Counted from the first letter of the whole stretch, positions 50,343 through 63,420 are shown. The stretch: 63,420 nt of DNA, filler included, from Lenisia limosa (GCA_001655205.1; 7 parts of 7 records of this genome joined end to end with filler, not necessarily neighbours in it); one strand, 5' to 3'. Made by a program: numbers and translations. Notes: generated from the sequence alone by a model not told the origin.

Positions 50343-52050
50343 TGGTGATGGCGACTCTTTTCTGGATAGGTCTCCTATCAGTACTCTCATTGGGAGTTGG
50401 ATTTACTCGTCATTCTGATGGTAGTATTGAAGCAAACGAATTTAGGGTCAGCAAGATTGATGGTGAGGGAGTGGAAGTGGCTGAACTGTGTAATGTGTAC
50501 TCTAAGATTCCTTTTTTTCATGAGGATAGGATCAGGGGATGGAGCACCATCAATGTTTATCAGCGAAATTGCAGTCAGATGTAGGTTGATCGATTGGGGT
50601 ATTTATGATTTTATAAGGTCATTATGTTTTTGTATCTCTTTTGTTTGACATCAGCGTCCATTTTGACCACGACACGTTCAGCTCTCTTTGCAACCTCGCA
50701 CATTTCTATCACCAATGCCACCAAGCCGCAGTTGGACATATCAGCCTTCCCAGCCGGTTTCGATCTTACGCTCTCGGTCTGATTACAAATTTACATCACA
50801 CTTCCCAATCCTCTAAGACCTTGTCATTTTTCTTTTGATTTCTTTCCTCAGGCCCGGTCTATGAGTAGCATGGCAGAATACGCCACACTGAGTGTTGACG
50901 TGGCTACCCCTCTCATTGACTTCCCTTCTGCCTCGTTCAACGGGCCGTCTGTCTTCCAAGTGCGTGTCGGAATGTGTCTGTTTCATTAACATAATAGGTT
51001 TGCACAGTGTATAGCGGAAGGGAAATATGCAGTCCTGAGCTGTACTTCACACTTACCGTAACTGAGTAAGCTACAGCTGTAATAATCTATGCATTTTTGG
51101 AAATGTTTGGTGGGTATGTTTTCGTTCTCAATTGCAGAGGAGCCTTTGTTTTCGGCTCGCCATCGGCAACATCACCATCAACCGCTGAATTTTATGATTT
51201 CCCATCAGACTGGACAATTGAGGTGGGCCAGAGGGATGTTTTATTATTCGGTTCCGTATGCAAATTGTGTTCTCTCTTCTTGGCACAAGTCATTTTTCAG
51301 CTTGTTGTATTGGTCCCTTCAAGCCAGCCCTTCGCTCAGTTTGTGGGGATACAATCAAAGACTGTACTCTTTGTGTTATTTTTGAAGCGTTTCTAATTGC
51401 ATATAGCGCTATGATAATGGGTTATTCTGCTTCTTCGAATGGAGATGCCCTTCTCATTAGCCATGTTTGAGGGAGTTATCAATTGCACGACTGGGCCTTT
51501 TTTGATGATTGTGTACTCTCCCATATTGTTGATTGATGGTGTAGACTGATGCGAACTTGTTTTATCTTCATTACCAAGGAAGTGCCCAGGGTTTTAGTTT
51601 TGAATTTACAGGTGGGGATGATAATGCAATATAATGTGATAGTATTATTTTTTAATTAAATTTATTGAAATTTAAATTCACTTCTATAATAATTTCTGTA
51701 CAAAATACTTTCTGAATTACTCATAAGTAATGAATTATTATGTAGTATTATATTTTGATATTAGGATACTACTATGATAGTGAGTGAGCTGTTGTTGACC
51801 TTCAAAGCCGATGTCTTTCACCATATTGCACTCACAAAGACTGGTAATACGATGTCAGTCTTCATGGACGGCGAAGCGCAGGTGAGGGGGGTTATGTATG
51901 GATTAAAAAGTCATCAGTTATTCTGTGATTCGGACAGAAAATGTACCACTTTTTTAAAAAATAAGATGATTTTTTCTCACATTCTCTAGCAAGTTGACAT
52001 TTCTGTTTCAGCTGGTGGACTAACAGGAGGAGTATGGGGGTAATTGGAGG
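50343..52050 (+). CDS. Putative secreted protein with a LamG-like domain, possibly a pseudogene
   Basis: Signal-peptide-like MVMATLFWIGLLSVLSLGVG; FYDFPSDWTIE and VFHHIALTKTGNTMSVFMDG motifs. Some exons could not be joined without stops. Confidence 0.5.
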
Positions 52051-52119
52051 TGTAATACAATAAACACTACTCTCCTCCTTTACACATTAGACTATCACTC
52101 TACCTACCCCTTTAACACA

Positions 52120-55100
52120 TTAGACCGTTATCCTTGGCGCTGACCACGACCAAAGCGCCGGGAATATATATACTGGAGGACATTTGGTTCCCCAGGGTAC
52201 AATCGTAAAGCTTGTAGGTGGAGTAATAAATATCGCTTTGATACCTGTCACAAGAAAGCTCTTGTTACCATTTACGCAGGCTAGGGTGTGGAAATCTCCT
52301 CTTGATAGTGCTACCATTTCCAATCTCTCTTCCCAAGCACACAGCTGCTCCATCACGCCTGCGAACCCTGTATGGTAAAATAAAAAAACACAATTTTCAC
52401 AATATTAATTAGCTATGATCTTATATTAAACGTGTTGCTCTTATTGCCGTCTCGGCTGTGATTGCAGTTTTAATTTTTGATGCCCAAGGCTGATGCAACG
52501 TTGGAGTGCACCTTTTCCGGTGCCTGCAACATTGGGCCAAACCTGATTCCACGCACCGCGACCTCCACTATCCAGGAAATCGACTGTCTTGTGTAAAACA
52601 GAAAGCAAGTTTTATTTAGTAGAAGCCCTGACAGATGTGGGCGTTGGAACAGGAATTGAACAAATGAGGTACACATATGCATACTTGTAAAATAAAACCT
52701 GTGAATAATTAAGAAGTGTGTAAAAAAGACATTCATCTCGCAAAGGACATCAGAAACATGGTTTAAATAGGAAGTGGGGAAGCTGTTTATTTGCAGATAC
52801 AGAGCTGTTCTCGAAGGATCTCGCTGAATGGTCAGGTTTGTGTTGACAAAAGCCTCCCCCCATTCGCTTAATAATCCCACTTGGTGAAATGCAGCTGCTT
52901 ATTGGATATCAAGAATAAGCAAACTTGGTCATCTCAAATAAACAACGTAAAATCTGTCCATCTGGCCAAATTTCCCAAACCAACAGAGAGCAACAAGATG
53001 GTGGTTACCCTTCTTACTAGAGGTGCGGGCCAAACTTCATGCCTGACAAACAGCCGATGTAGGGCTTAAACTTGGTAGACTGTCTGAAGCCTCCACCAGG
53101 TTCCATCTATTAAATGAGAAAGGTGTCGGGGATCCAAACGAGAAAAAGGCACTCGGCTCACTTTGGAAGCCTTTTCATAGAACTTTTCCCAGTCCTCCCT
53201 GCCCTCTTCAGGTCCCAAGTAGACCTAGGGGCATGAGGAATCATTTAGAACCATGTGTTACTAAAAGCAAAGCATTTCACCCAACCTGGTCTGGAGTTAC
53301 CATATATCGCGCATATTCAAAGGTTGGGTAGAACGGCCTTGAGCCTTTTTGGTCGGCTATCATATAAACATGGTAGGCCTGGGTATGAGTAAGATACGTA
53401 AGAGTTTTTGAACATTCAGAATTGTTTCCATTCTCTTCTTAGAGATACTATTAACTGGTGTTACGTATTGCACAGCATAGTACACGTTTTTAAAGACTTA
53501 CCTCTCGCCTAATGGGTTGGAGAAGTCGGCCCATATCGTCAATGTAATCGGAGGAGAACGCAGTTTTCTAAACGGTTTTATAGTGAAGAAATTCTCGTAT
53601 AATCAACTTCCAATCCGCTCTTTTACCCCCCTTTTTTTTATTACACCAACCGCGTTCAATGAGAACTTCAGCTCGTAGCATTTATGTCTTTGATCCTTCG
53701 TAAAATATCGATCCTAAAAGGTCAGGCAAATACTGGTAAATATTTGCCTAAGTAGAAAAGGTTCAACTATTAGTCGTGAAGTTACCATCATTGTGTCGTA
53801 GTGGTCTTGCACCAACTTGAGAACGTCCTCCTGTAACATGAGAACTGAACTGAAGAGACACGGATGAAAATTTGAAAACGCTGCATACATCAGTTTTGAA
53901 AGTGGCATATTTCTTTGGAGAAGGAGGGGCAGCGCACTGAGTGTCGAAGCCTTGGGATGAATAACAAGGAAGATCTGTATCAGACTATTTTTTTTTGCAC
54001 CGAACAAGCCCTAACATCTGTATAGGTCCCACAGAATGTCTAATAGAACCCCTGTATTCAAAAAAATGAAGTCTACCGACATACCCGTTGTTGGTAAATG
54101 AGAGGCAGGACGGTAGTCGATAGGAGTGAACACACTGTGTCCTAACTTAAAGAATGAACTACTACTATTCGAAATGACGATACTCACTAATAATCATCTC
54201 AAACAACGTACAGACTAAAAGCTCCTCTCATATTCCTATTGTGCACAATGCCTACCCGAAGGAAGTGGTTGTCACGGTACGTATCATGGACTGGGAACGG
54301 GTAAGTAGCAAGGTGGCGAATAGAGGGTGCGATGTCAATCATTGCTATCCTTCGTTTGAGATTGACCTCCACTGCCGCCCTAAAAGACTTAGGCCAGGGG
54401 GACAAGCATCTCATATCATACACGATGAATTCAGAAAGAAGTATTGCCTTATCCACCAAAACCCACTGCAACTCAGGGTAGTTCTCAATAATGTCATTGG
54501 ACATCATTGTTGCCATGTACGTGTTGTGATGATCATATGATCCTGGAATACGTAAGATAAGGCTTAAGGTAAAAACTCCACCCACCAGCATCAGTGGCCA
54601 TTGCAGGGCCAAACTGAGGTCCATGATCACCATGCATGATTATGACCAGGGGGTAGTTATGCGTCTTCGAGTGAGTAATCAGATACTCAATAAATCCAGT
54701 CATTGCCTAAAACGTCATATTGGATCCAAACAAAGTGTTTTGAACTGTGAATATCTTACATTCATGCAGTTGTGGTGATACTGAATGACAAATTTATTGA
54801 GAGAATGTTCGTTGAAAGGTGTCAAGAGTTCGAGTATAAAGCAAGATGGATTTGAAGGATATTAGGGATTCCTTTTGCCAATAAAGAATATTACTAACTC
54901 CAGTCTTTTTCAGAACAGATAATACGATAAATGTCATACACTTGCAGAATCCAAACTGACCTTGTCTTCACCGATACAACAAGAGCCATAGGAAATGGAG
55001 GTTGTGTGTGCATTAAATACCTATGGTGTTAAACATACAAAAGATTGAACACCTAATATGTCTACAGCAAACGACAATGAAGGTGTTAACAGCCCAAACA

Positions 55101-58100
55101 GGATCATCACGACCCACATCGGTGTAGGTGTATACGGGGAAGCCAGGTGCGGCGTATCTCTCAGTGAACGCAGCCGCTCCGTTGAACCGACCACTGGGGC
55201 CATGTCCCGTGGCGGTGGCGTCATAGTGCTGCCGTGTTATGATTTATATGTTGAATTCTTGGCGATACAGAAACAAAACACTGTACCTCCACTCAATGGA
55301 AACGTGTGAAACAAAAATCAGCTGTCACTCCTCCATCATTCACTTAGATCTTTTTTCCTCAGAAAGAAAACAAAACCCAGACCGGTCAGTTTTACAAGAA
55401 TTATTATCAGTAATCGTTTTTCACCCATGAGAAGTTCTCACCTTCTCAGTGATGGATCCATAAGAGTATCGCGTGTGCAGAGGATGATATGATGCTGCTG
55501 ACATGGCATAATAGGTCTTGTAACCAAGGGCTGCCGGATGTAAAAGGAAAAGAGAATAATCATGGTGTAACGGGAATGTAAAATAGGTTAAAAAATGCAA
55601 GCTTACATCCAAGGAAACTAGGGTTTGAGGAAAAGGGGCAAACTTTGGTGAAATCTCGATTCATCTAAAAATAAGGAAGCAAGGGGATGAAGGGAGAAAA
55701 TAAAAGCAAAGACTCAACAAGAATATTTATGATATGATATCATATTAATACAATGGGCATACAGTGTTATCAGGTTCAAGAAGCTCGTTGATGGGACCGA
55801 ACTGGGCCTAAAACCGTCATTAAACAGAAATGCTTGGTTTTGCAGAGAAAAATAGAATTCCGCTTACTGAAGGCTTAGCGTATGGGAAATACGTATAGCC
55901 AGTATCTGAAGCCATTCTATTCGACGCGGAGCTGCTGTGCGTCAATCGATGAAGCTGAAACATCAGGCGCATCGAGCAATTTTTGCTGATTTCCACCGTT
56001 TCAAAAAAGAGGGACGATAAAGTATCGGTAAAAATAGCTATTTTCACCAGTCTTTTTGCACCATCAGTTTTCTTTTATGTTATGGTTGGGAGCACAAGTG
56101 CATTGATATGGTTGACTAAGTGAACCTACTGGGTATTCCGTGTTTGTCATTCCGTCAATATCAGACTGCACGAGTTTGCGGAGTGTGGGGTACGCAAAAT
56201 CCACGGTCTAGATAATGGGTAAGAAGTGGAATAACTCTTAAACATAGAAATTAAGTCCAACCAACCAAATATCCACCACTCTCGATGATGATGTGGTGAA
56301 TGTGCGGCGGATTGTCCATCAGATACATCGACTTTCCTTTGTCTAAATGTCAGTTCATCAAATCAACTGGCCTTCATTATAGTCATCGCATCCCTTTGTA
56401 CCATCATGTCCTATGGTAATTGATGTTGATTGCCCCGCATACTCAGCCCTCGATCAGCCATTTTCTTCATTGCGTCTTTTCTATTCTGTAAAGCAACAGC
56501 ACAGGCTTGAACATCGGGCTCAGACATGACTGGTGGATTCTGCGAAATCAGGACCAAACACCAAGAAAACAGTCTAGGTTCCACCAACACTGAGATTTGG
56601 AGAATCAGGGACAGAGAACGCAGCCTGGGTGAAACCTGTTTCACGGGTACTGGGAAGCAGTGCAGGTGGCGTTTGAATATCACAAAGCACCATAGGATCC
56701 GTGGAATCGGGGCTACAGAGAAATGAGCAAAGGCCAATAAAGGACTTACTCAGTAGTTGACTCGTCGAAGGGGAGGAGACTTAGTCTACCGTGGAACTTC
56801 TCATGACCCACACGGACATCAAACTCCTCGTGATCTGGCAGCTCAAAGTGCTCAAGGTGGGGGCATGTCTACGGGATGAGAATGATGCTTGGACAACAAT
56901 CACAGTTACTCCAATGCCAACATCGGGGTAGGCTCTGGCATCCTTGTGGAACTTTCTTGGAACGGTTGGTGGCTTCGGCTACATACTATCAGTACATGTG
57001 GTGACATGGTGGCATAGCTTTAATCAACGCTCAGACCTTCGGAGGCCGGAAGCTGTGATCCGGCAAGTCAGCTTCGTCATCTTCTTCTTCAGACTCAGCG
57101 GTCTCAGAGATATCGGAGCTGGGTGACTCTTCACTCAGCTCAATAGCATTCGAGGACTCGGAAGTACCTTGAAGTAGGATTAGTGCATGTCATCTGGCAC
57201 CCTTGAAAAGATATTCACAGCTCTCTACAAGCAACACTACCACACTTTTACTCTTAACATTCATTCACGCTCTAACTTGGTGATGTGAAGGGCTCTTCTA
57301 CTACTGAGGAGGATGGAATAGGCTCAGAAGAGAATTCGGGAGGGGAGGTTGATGATGGGTCAGGCTCGGTGTGAGATGATGCGACTAAGGAGTCACATGT
57401 AGAAAGATAAGTAAACGAAATTAGGTAAGATTCAGAGTTGTATATTTTAAGATGGTTCTGATTGCACCTACTGCTTGGGGTTGATTTAGGAGGGGTGGTC
57501 TCCTTTTCGCTAAGCATAGACTCTGAAACGGTTTCGGTTGCAGGGTGTGTACGGTTGACTGGAACATCCTACATAGTTTTCAACTTGAATTCAACCCTTA
57601 ACTCAATTACATTTTTTTTAAAAAAAAATGCAATTAATCAAAATATACACTCCTCTACTGTCATCTATTTGAAACAAAGTATGTTTTTGATGGCCATTCA
57701 CTCTGGCCTACCTGAACCATGGCACTTGCCAACGCGGAAGTGAAACGGTTCTTTCCACGACTCTAAGCGATGAATGGATGCAACAAAACTTGCAGGATTG
57801 CTTTCTCAAGAAATGGGTGCCAAAAGAGAAAAGAAGTAAGCCAGATCCAAAATATCCAACAAACAATAGTTTCCGGAGACAATGAGTAGAAGAACTAGAG
57901 AGTTAGAAAAGGATACAGTCCGTATTCCTGAGATGGCAGATAAAAACGTTTCCCAATGTTTCCACACATACCACAATTTGAGATACAATAAAGACCACTA
58001 GCAATATCTAAAGTAGTGAGAGGAGGATGGAAGGAAAGGCAAAAGACAGACAGATGAGGAGGTTCAATAGAGGAAACCACCTACGAGAATGACCTGAAGG
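52120..58100 (-). CDS. Large multi-exon membrane protein with an alkaline-phosphatase/sulfatase-superfamily (DUF229-like) domain; may be two genes
   Basis: Hydrophobic N-terminal region and Ser/Thr/Glu-rich linker (56950-57580), then PHIHHIIIES, LGYKTYYA, CCIGEDK, VIIMHGDHGP (~54620-54650), NLKRRIAMIDIAPSIRHL and GHSVFTPI. The C-terminal exons (52120-54000) are unassigned. One apparent in-frame TAA near 54860. Confidence 0.55.
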
Positions 58101-58796
58101 GCCCTCTTCCTTCTACTGGTGCCTTCAGACATTTTAGAGGTAGGTTGCAGGATAGCCAGCTGGATTGCTTGCTTAGCTCGTGAGCCTCAAGGATACATCA
58201 TCATACCCTTGTTCCCTGTGATGTGTCTATTGAGGAAATAATCAACTTATATTATATATAAATATTATTAAATGGGCTGGAGTGTGGCTGGAGGGTTGTC
58301 TGTAGCAGCTGAGAACTGCTGTGAAAAAATGAAGAAACCAAACGCCAACGCACAATTCACGTATTTTCCATTGCCCGGCTCACCCAGGTTCCACCTCTCC
58401 CCAACCTCTCCCCTCGACTCGCCTCCTCCATCTCTCCACCTTCCCGAACCCCAGGTTCTTGGAAAAATTATTCTTCCCCGATAGAAGTTCCCCCTTCCCA
58501 CCCTTGTTGCAACCCCTGTTGTCAGGCTGTTTTCCTTTTCTCCTGGATGATTTTTGAAAAATCAACAGTTTATTCATTCATTCTGCATTTTGATCCTATA
58601 TCTGAAAGCACCAAACGTAGTCCACAGCCTCCTCGGTCCACAGTCGTCTGAATTCACCGATGTTCTTTTTTAAGGTTTGGGTGGTTTTGTTGGCTCTTAT
58701 GACTAATCAAGGAATACAGTCTTGTTTGCCGATCCTGATTTGAAAATTTGAAAAGATATTCATGATATTTTTTGAACGATCGTTTATCTTCACAGC

Positions 58797-60073
58797 CACC
58801 AAAACCCTCAGTCTTCCGGGTTCTACTGTGTGGTGAACCTGGAACAGGTAAAACGACTCTTCTTTACCTTCATCTTCTTGACCCCAAGGAGTCTAAGAAG
58901 GTTTGTTTTGTTGTTTTTGATAGTAAAGCCCAAATATGTACACATATCATAATAATGTAGTATAACACATATAGATATGATAATATATACATCATAGTAT
59001 ATAGTTTGCATTGCATTATAATTAGTAAAAAACAGACATACATATGTATATATATGATACATGTTTACTCTGTATGCAGCATACTTATATAATATATAAA
59101 TCGCTGTTACTACTAAGTGTTATATTCCTCCTAAATGTTGCGTATCATAGTTTTTGATGGACTCAAGTTTGCAAAATTCCATCCAACGACAGGAAATTCG
59201 CCTGCTATTCCAACAATAGGTGTGTTGCCATGAAGGTCACGATGCTTCATATTTTTCAAACCATTAATATGTAGGATTCAATGTTGAGAGTCGAAAAATG
59301 GATGGGAAAGAGTACCAATTTTGGGACATTGGAGGGTCAGCAGCAAATGTTTGCTGGGGAATTTGTAATCGAAGCTGGCTCTGTGAAATGGTAGTATTAT
59401 TCGTATATTGCTCTATTGCTCAGGAAAGAGTTATTTTTTCATGATCCGAATATAGTCCATATTCATGATTAAATGTAGGCGCACTTACATATTTTTCATT
59501 TGTACAGTATATCACATCGACATTTATACCGTTGAGCTTTTTCGATATCTAACCAAAAAGATGTATAGATTGTGGTGCCATTACACAGCACATGTTGTTC
59601 TCTTTACCGTCACCAAGCCCTGTATCAGCGATTGGGCTGATCGGTTGAGTGAAATCATGTTTTCTAGGCCTGGTGTTCCACTGGTGGTATGTGGGACCGA
59701 ATAATGAGGTTGTTGTGTCCAAATGTCATTTTTGTAGATTCTTTGTATGAAAGGAGACAAAAAAGATGAGCAAATCAGTGAGAAGGATGCAATTGATTCA
59801 CTAAAACTCACAAGTCTTGAATGTCAATGGACTGTCAGGGTAAAGGGGTATTATATGTATGTAAGTGTACTAGTTGAGATCTCATATTGCTTTTAACCAA
59901 CTCAGTCAGTTTGTTCAGCAACAGGAGATGGCGTAGAAGAATTATTTAATCTTTTGAAGTCTCTTGTGGAGTAGGCAGTTGAAGCTTTCATTCTACCTAG
60001 AACACCAGTCAGCCTCCTCTCAAATCAACAAATCTCTGAACTGCAGAAGGAACTGTACCCATCGCGCACCTAA
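58797..60073 (+). CDS. Arf/Arl-like small GTPase, divergent; 5' end uncertain
   Basis: G1 GEPGTGKTT; PTI|GFNVE; WDIGG; RLWCHY..VVLFTV; G4 position MKGD; CSATGDGVEELF; six to seven GT-AG introns. Confidence 0.8.
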
Positions 60074-60285
60074 AACACCAGAGATATGTCTTTCTTAGAC
60101 GAATTAACGTGAATATTGGTAATGCAATTTATCCAAAAAGGAACTTATTATGAAGTATTATATCATATCTACTACGAACACTGTACACAACAATGAACTC
60201 CTTCCCATTAAATGCAAACATAATTCAGACTACACAGAAATTACACTCTCACCGCTACCCATACGGGTGTTTCCGCAGCTGTGTG

Positions 60286-61430
60286 CTAAAAAGTCACCAT
60301 CACGAATGTCAGTACAATGGTAAGGAGTGGTAAACCAAGACAAACCTTAGAGCTGGTGATAGTGGTGTCTCCAAGATTATACGAGGGATAAGCAGCTGAT
60401 GAGAACTCAATGTTGCCGTAATTGCCTTTCATATATGCCCTATCACGATAAGTAAACAAAAAACATGTGCTCACCCCCCCCCCTCGCCTACACTGCATCA
60501 CTGATGTCGGTNNNNNNNNNNNNNNNNNNNNNNNNNNNNNNNNNNNNNNNNNNNNNNNNNNNNNNNNNNNNNNNNNNNNNNAAGCAAGCATGATCATCTT
60601 CCATCCTGAATGCATCAAGAATAGAAAGGACGCGAAGTTACCTATACAGGACACTGACATATCCGGTCGCAGAGCAGTCATGGCCAGCAAGATCTAATCC
60701 TGAGAGTTATGAGACTTTATCCATTGCAAAAAAAAAAATCCCAAAAATAAACTCTTGGCTTTACCTTGTGCCTGTTTTTTTTTAAAAAAACTATCCGACT
60801 TTTGCAACAAACAAAAGAACAGACCGTGGATAAATTAAACCAACCTCCGCCTGAAGCGCCAGTTCTTCGGGTACTGAGACCATTTGTCTTGGCTTTTGGG
60901 CGGTAACCATACTGCTTCCCGTCGGTGTACCACTGGTGTGTCAGTTTCATCAAGAAAACAATGCTTGGTTCAGAATATCTTCCACATTGTTTGAAACAAC
61001 AGCATACATCCGGACTGTAGAATGCATCAACACTGACACATGATCCATCGTCCGATGAGCTGGTGCTAAACGCCTTTGCTTGGTCGAAGGTTGAATCAAA
61101 CATGAGCGTATTTTTTTTGTAACATCATCATATTAACAAGAAGAAACTCACCATTTGACCGAAGATGTCAAAGAAGTCATTATTAAGTCCCATAATATAT
61201 TCAGTCGGTTTGAATTTCAGGTACCTAACAGGGATAGAGAAGTCGGCAGTGGCGTCAACGCCAAGACGTGCCTGGTTCTAGGGTTGGTTAGATACCATAT
61301 GATTTTCTTACATACACGTCCAGTGCTTACATAGTCATCGTAGTGATTGTAAAGCATATCAGCCGCAGGGTACTTCGCATTAGCCTTGGCAACATTATAA
61401 ACTAACCACAATGCAATACGCCTGAACAAG
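60286..61430 (-). CDS. Hypothetical protein with a hydrophobic, GPI-signal-like C-terminus
   Basis: GT-AG exons (RIALWLVYNVAKANAKYPAADMLYNHYDDY; EYIMGLNNDFFDIFGQM; MFDSTFDQAK...) ending SSKVCLGLPLLTIVLTFVMVTF*. Confidence 0.45.
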
Positions 61431-62789
61431 TAGACCGTTATTGAGAGAGAGGTAAACAGCACCCGAGGCAGTTATTTCATCACAGGATTCAATGATACGA
61501 GGGCCCGCCTCGAGTTCTTAACAGATTATACTGTGGTATGATGAAAATATATTACATAAATTAATATCTACAATGGACAATATCATATCATATATTATAT
61601 ATAGCAATGTGCCACACCACACGCTTTTTGTATAATATAAATTCACCCAATCATTTGCCTTACAACTCATATAGTGTATATTATATCATATCGAGATGAG
61701 GAAAACAAGTTTGTATCTGGCCGAAGCCGTCCACCCCATCATAATATGATATCATATATAGTAATATATCAGATCATATCATAATGTAAGATATGATATG
61801 ATAATAGTATAAAAAAAAAAAANNNNNNNNNNNNNNNNNNNNNNNNNNNNNNNNNNNNNNNNNNNNNNNNNNNNNNNNNNNNNNNNNNNNNNNNNNNNNN
61901 NNNNNNNNNNNNNNNNNNNNNNNNNNNNNNNNNNNNNNGAGTGAAAGCAATCCCACTTCCATTGCCGTCTTTTAAAAAGTGACTTAGTTATCAATTGGCA
62001 ATATCACCTAGGGGTATAAAAGTTTATACTCCCCCTAGATATCGCCATCAGTCAGGACCCTTTGAAGAAACAAAGAGAAGTAAGGGAACAGTGTTACCTA
62101 CGTGAATTTTCAATCGCAAAATTGGATGAAACTACCCCTTCAGAAGATGCTGACTCCCTACAGCAATGAGAGAAATTCGGTGCCATGATAATCTTCTTCT
62201 GATACTTATCTTCTCCCCACCAAACCAAAGGGCAGAAGAAGTTACAACGGTGAAGAATAAAAGTACACTTATGATGACAGTAAACATCTTGGTGATTGTC
62301 TAAGTCTGAGTTGTATATGAGTATTTATAATATATTTATCGTTAATTCCAGGTATATGGGTGTTCAGTGGGTGTTTAGTCTATACAAATAAAATCTTTAC
62401 TATAATCAAACCCCCCAAAAAACCGGGGTGGAAACCCGGGGATTTTGGCCACCGCGGTCCGCTACCTTATGGTTCTGGTTTAACGTCCTTTTCAGTCAGT
62501 CCCGTAGTCTCGTACCTTTGTGCTCTTAATACTCTTCTTCCCGTGGCTTCTTACCCGTCTTTGGTACGGACATAGATAATAGACGCAGAAAATGCCCGTT
62601 TTTCACTGCTTTGAAGTTTTCCCTTTTCCCCCTTTATCTTACTCTTAAGGTCCATTGCCCTTGCTGCCAAACCGCCCAGCTACAATCACGGACTCAGTGA
62701 TTAAGGGATATTGCCTGCTTTGTCACTGACACACCTGGGGAGAGACACATAACTAAAACTACACTTTCAACTTTCCTGTTATTCCACAG

Positions 62790-63170
62790 TTGGATAGATT
62801 AGGAGGGTCAAGTCGCGCACTTCAACTTTACCCCAATCCAGTTTAGCCAGGAGAAGTCAGCTACCATCGAAGAGGACCTCAACCGACTCTCTACCAACGC
62901 CCGTCTCCATTTCCCTTATTCTACCCTCCGTTCGCGTCTGCGCTCATACCTCCTTCTGGTAAGCTTAAAAGAGTTTATTTTGTATTATTCGTTTTTCTCT
63001 CTCATAATACGGGTTTGATTTTCTCTGTAACAATTCATTCAGCTGCCCACTTCATTGTCTCTTGGGTTTGTTGACGCTCTGTACATTCTCCAAGCAGCCC
63101 CCCAAGCTGTAATAGATGCCGTAAACTACAACATTTACCGTCACTACCTTCCCCTCCTTGAAACCAGAGC
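62790..63170 (+). CDS. Hypothetical gene fragment running off the window
   Basis: Two AG/GT-bounded exons: ...SATIEEDLNRLSTNARLHFPYSTLRSRLRSYLLL|LPTSLSLGFVDALYILQAAPQAVIDAVNYNIYRHYLPLLETRAN. Confidence 0.35.
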
Positions 63171-63420
63171 AAATGTATAATCCTGTTGTTTCATTTACTA
63201 CTATTGGACCTAATGAAGAATATTATCATATCCCTTATATAATACACTGTGACAGTGTGTTTTTCCAATTTTATTTGTACATATAATAGATATATGATGA
63301 TATATATCAAGTATAGTATATCATATGTATTAACTACCTATATCATATATCATATATACTATATAATATATCACACCGTCCATATATCTGTGAATTTTCC
63401 TCTATCTGTGAAAACAAGCC

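Noticed and set aside
46840-54880. Alternative genetic code (stop-codon reassignment) explaining in-frame stops
   Set aside because: Only isolated stops of different types in poorly resolved genes; the well-conserved SRRM1, ankyrin and GTPase exons read cleanly with the standard code.
58430-58484. F-box fused to the GTPase (LPEPQVLGKII)
   Set aside because: Weak resemblance followed immediately by a stop; no splice path to the GTPase could be shown.
60600-61430. Papain-like protease
   Set aside because: No QxxxGxCW, catalytic His or NSWG motif found.

Overview
Eukaryotic, AT-rich, intron-rich genomic DNA, probably from a protist; the species cannot be identified from the sequence. Typical introns are about 35-60 nt GT-AG. 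The window is a gappy draft: six artificial 100-bp spacers (44 N + TTAATTAATTAA + 44 N) join seven pieces, so adjacency across them is not guaranteed. The first ~17 kb is a cluster of dead transposons: a non-LTR retrotransposon with RT, RNase H and CCHC domains and an internal inversion; a pogo-like transposase remnant; and three partial copies of a tyrosine-recombinase (YR) retrotransposon. Together the YR copies show gag-like, RT and YR ORFs, Ngaro/PAT-style split direct repeats, and apparent spliceosomal introns inside the coding regions. This is the most unusual system here. Much of the cluster appears to lie inside one ~7.4-kb intron of a host ankyrin gene. From 18 to 40 kb the sequence is gap-rich and seeded with tiny MITEs (a ~100-bp hAT-type family with 8-bp TSDs and an ~85-bp Tc1/mariner-type family), single-repeat ankyrin exons and hypothetical multi-exon genes. 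From 41 to 63 kb it is gene-dense: two LamG-like genes, an SRRM1/PWI gene, an alkaline-phosphatase-superfamily (DUF229-like) gene, an atypical Arf-like GTPase and hypothetical genes. All protein calls come from manual translation and motif recognition, not database searches, and exon boundaries are predictions.
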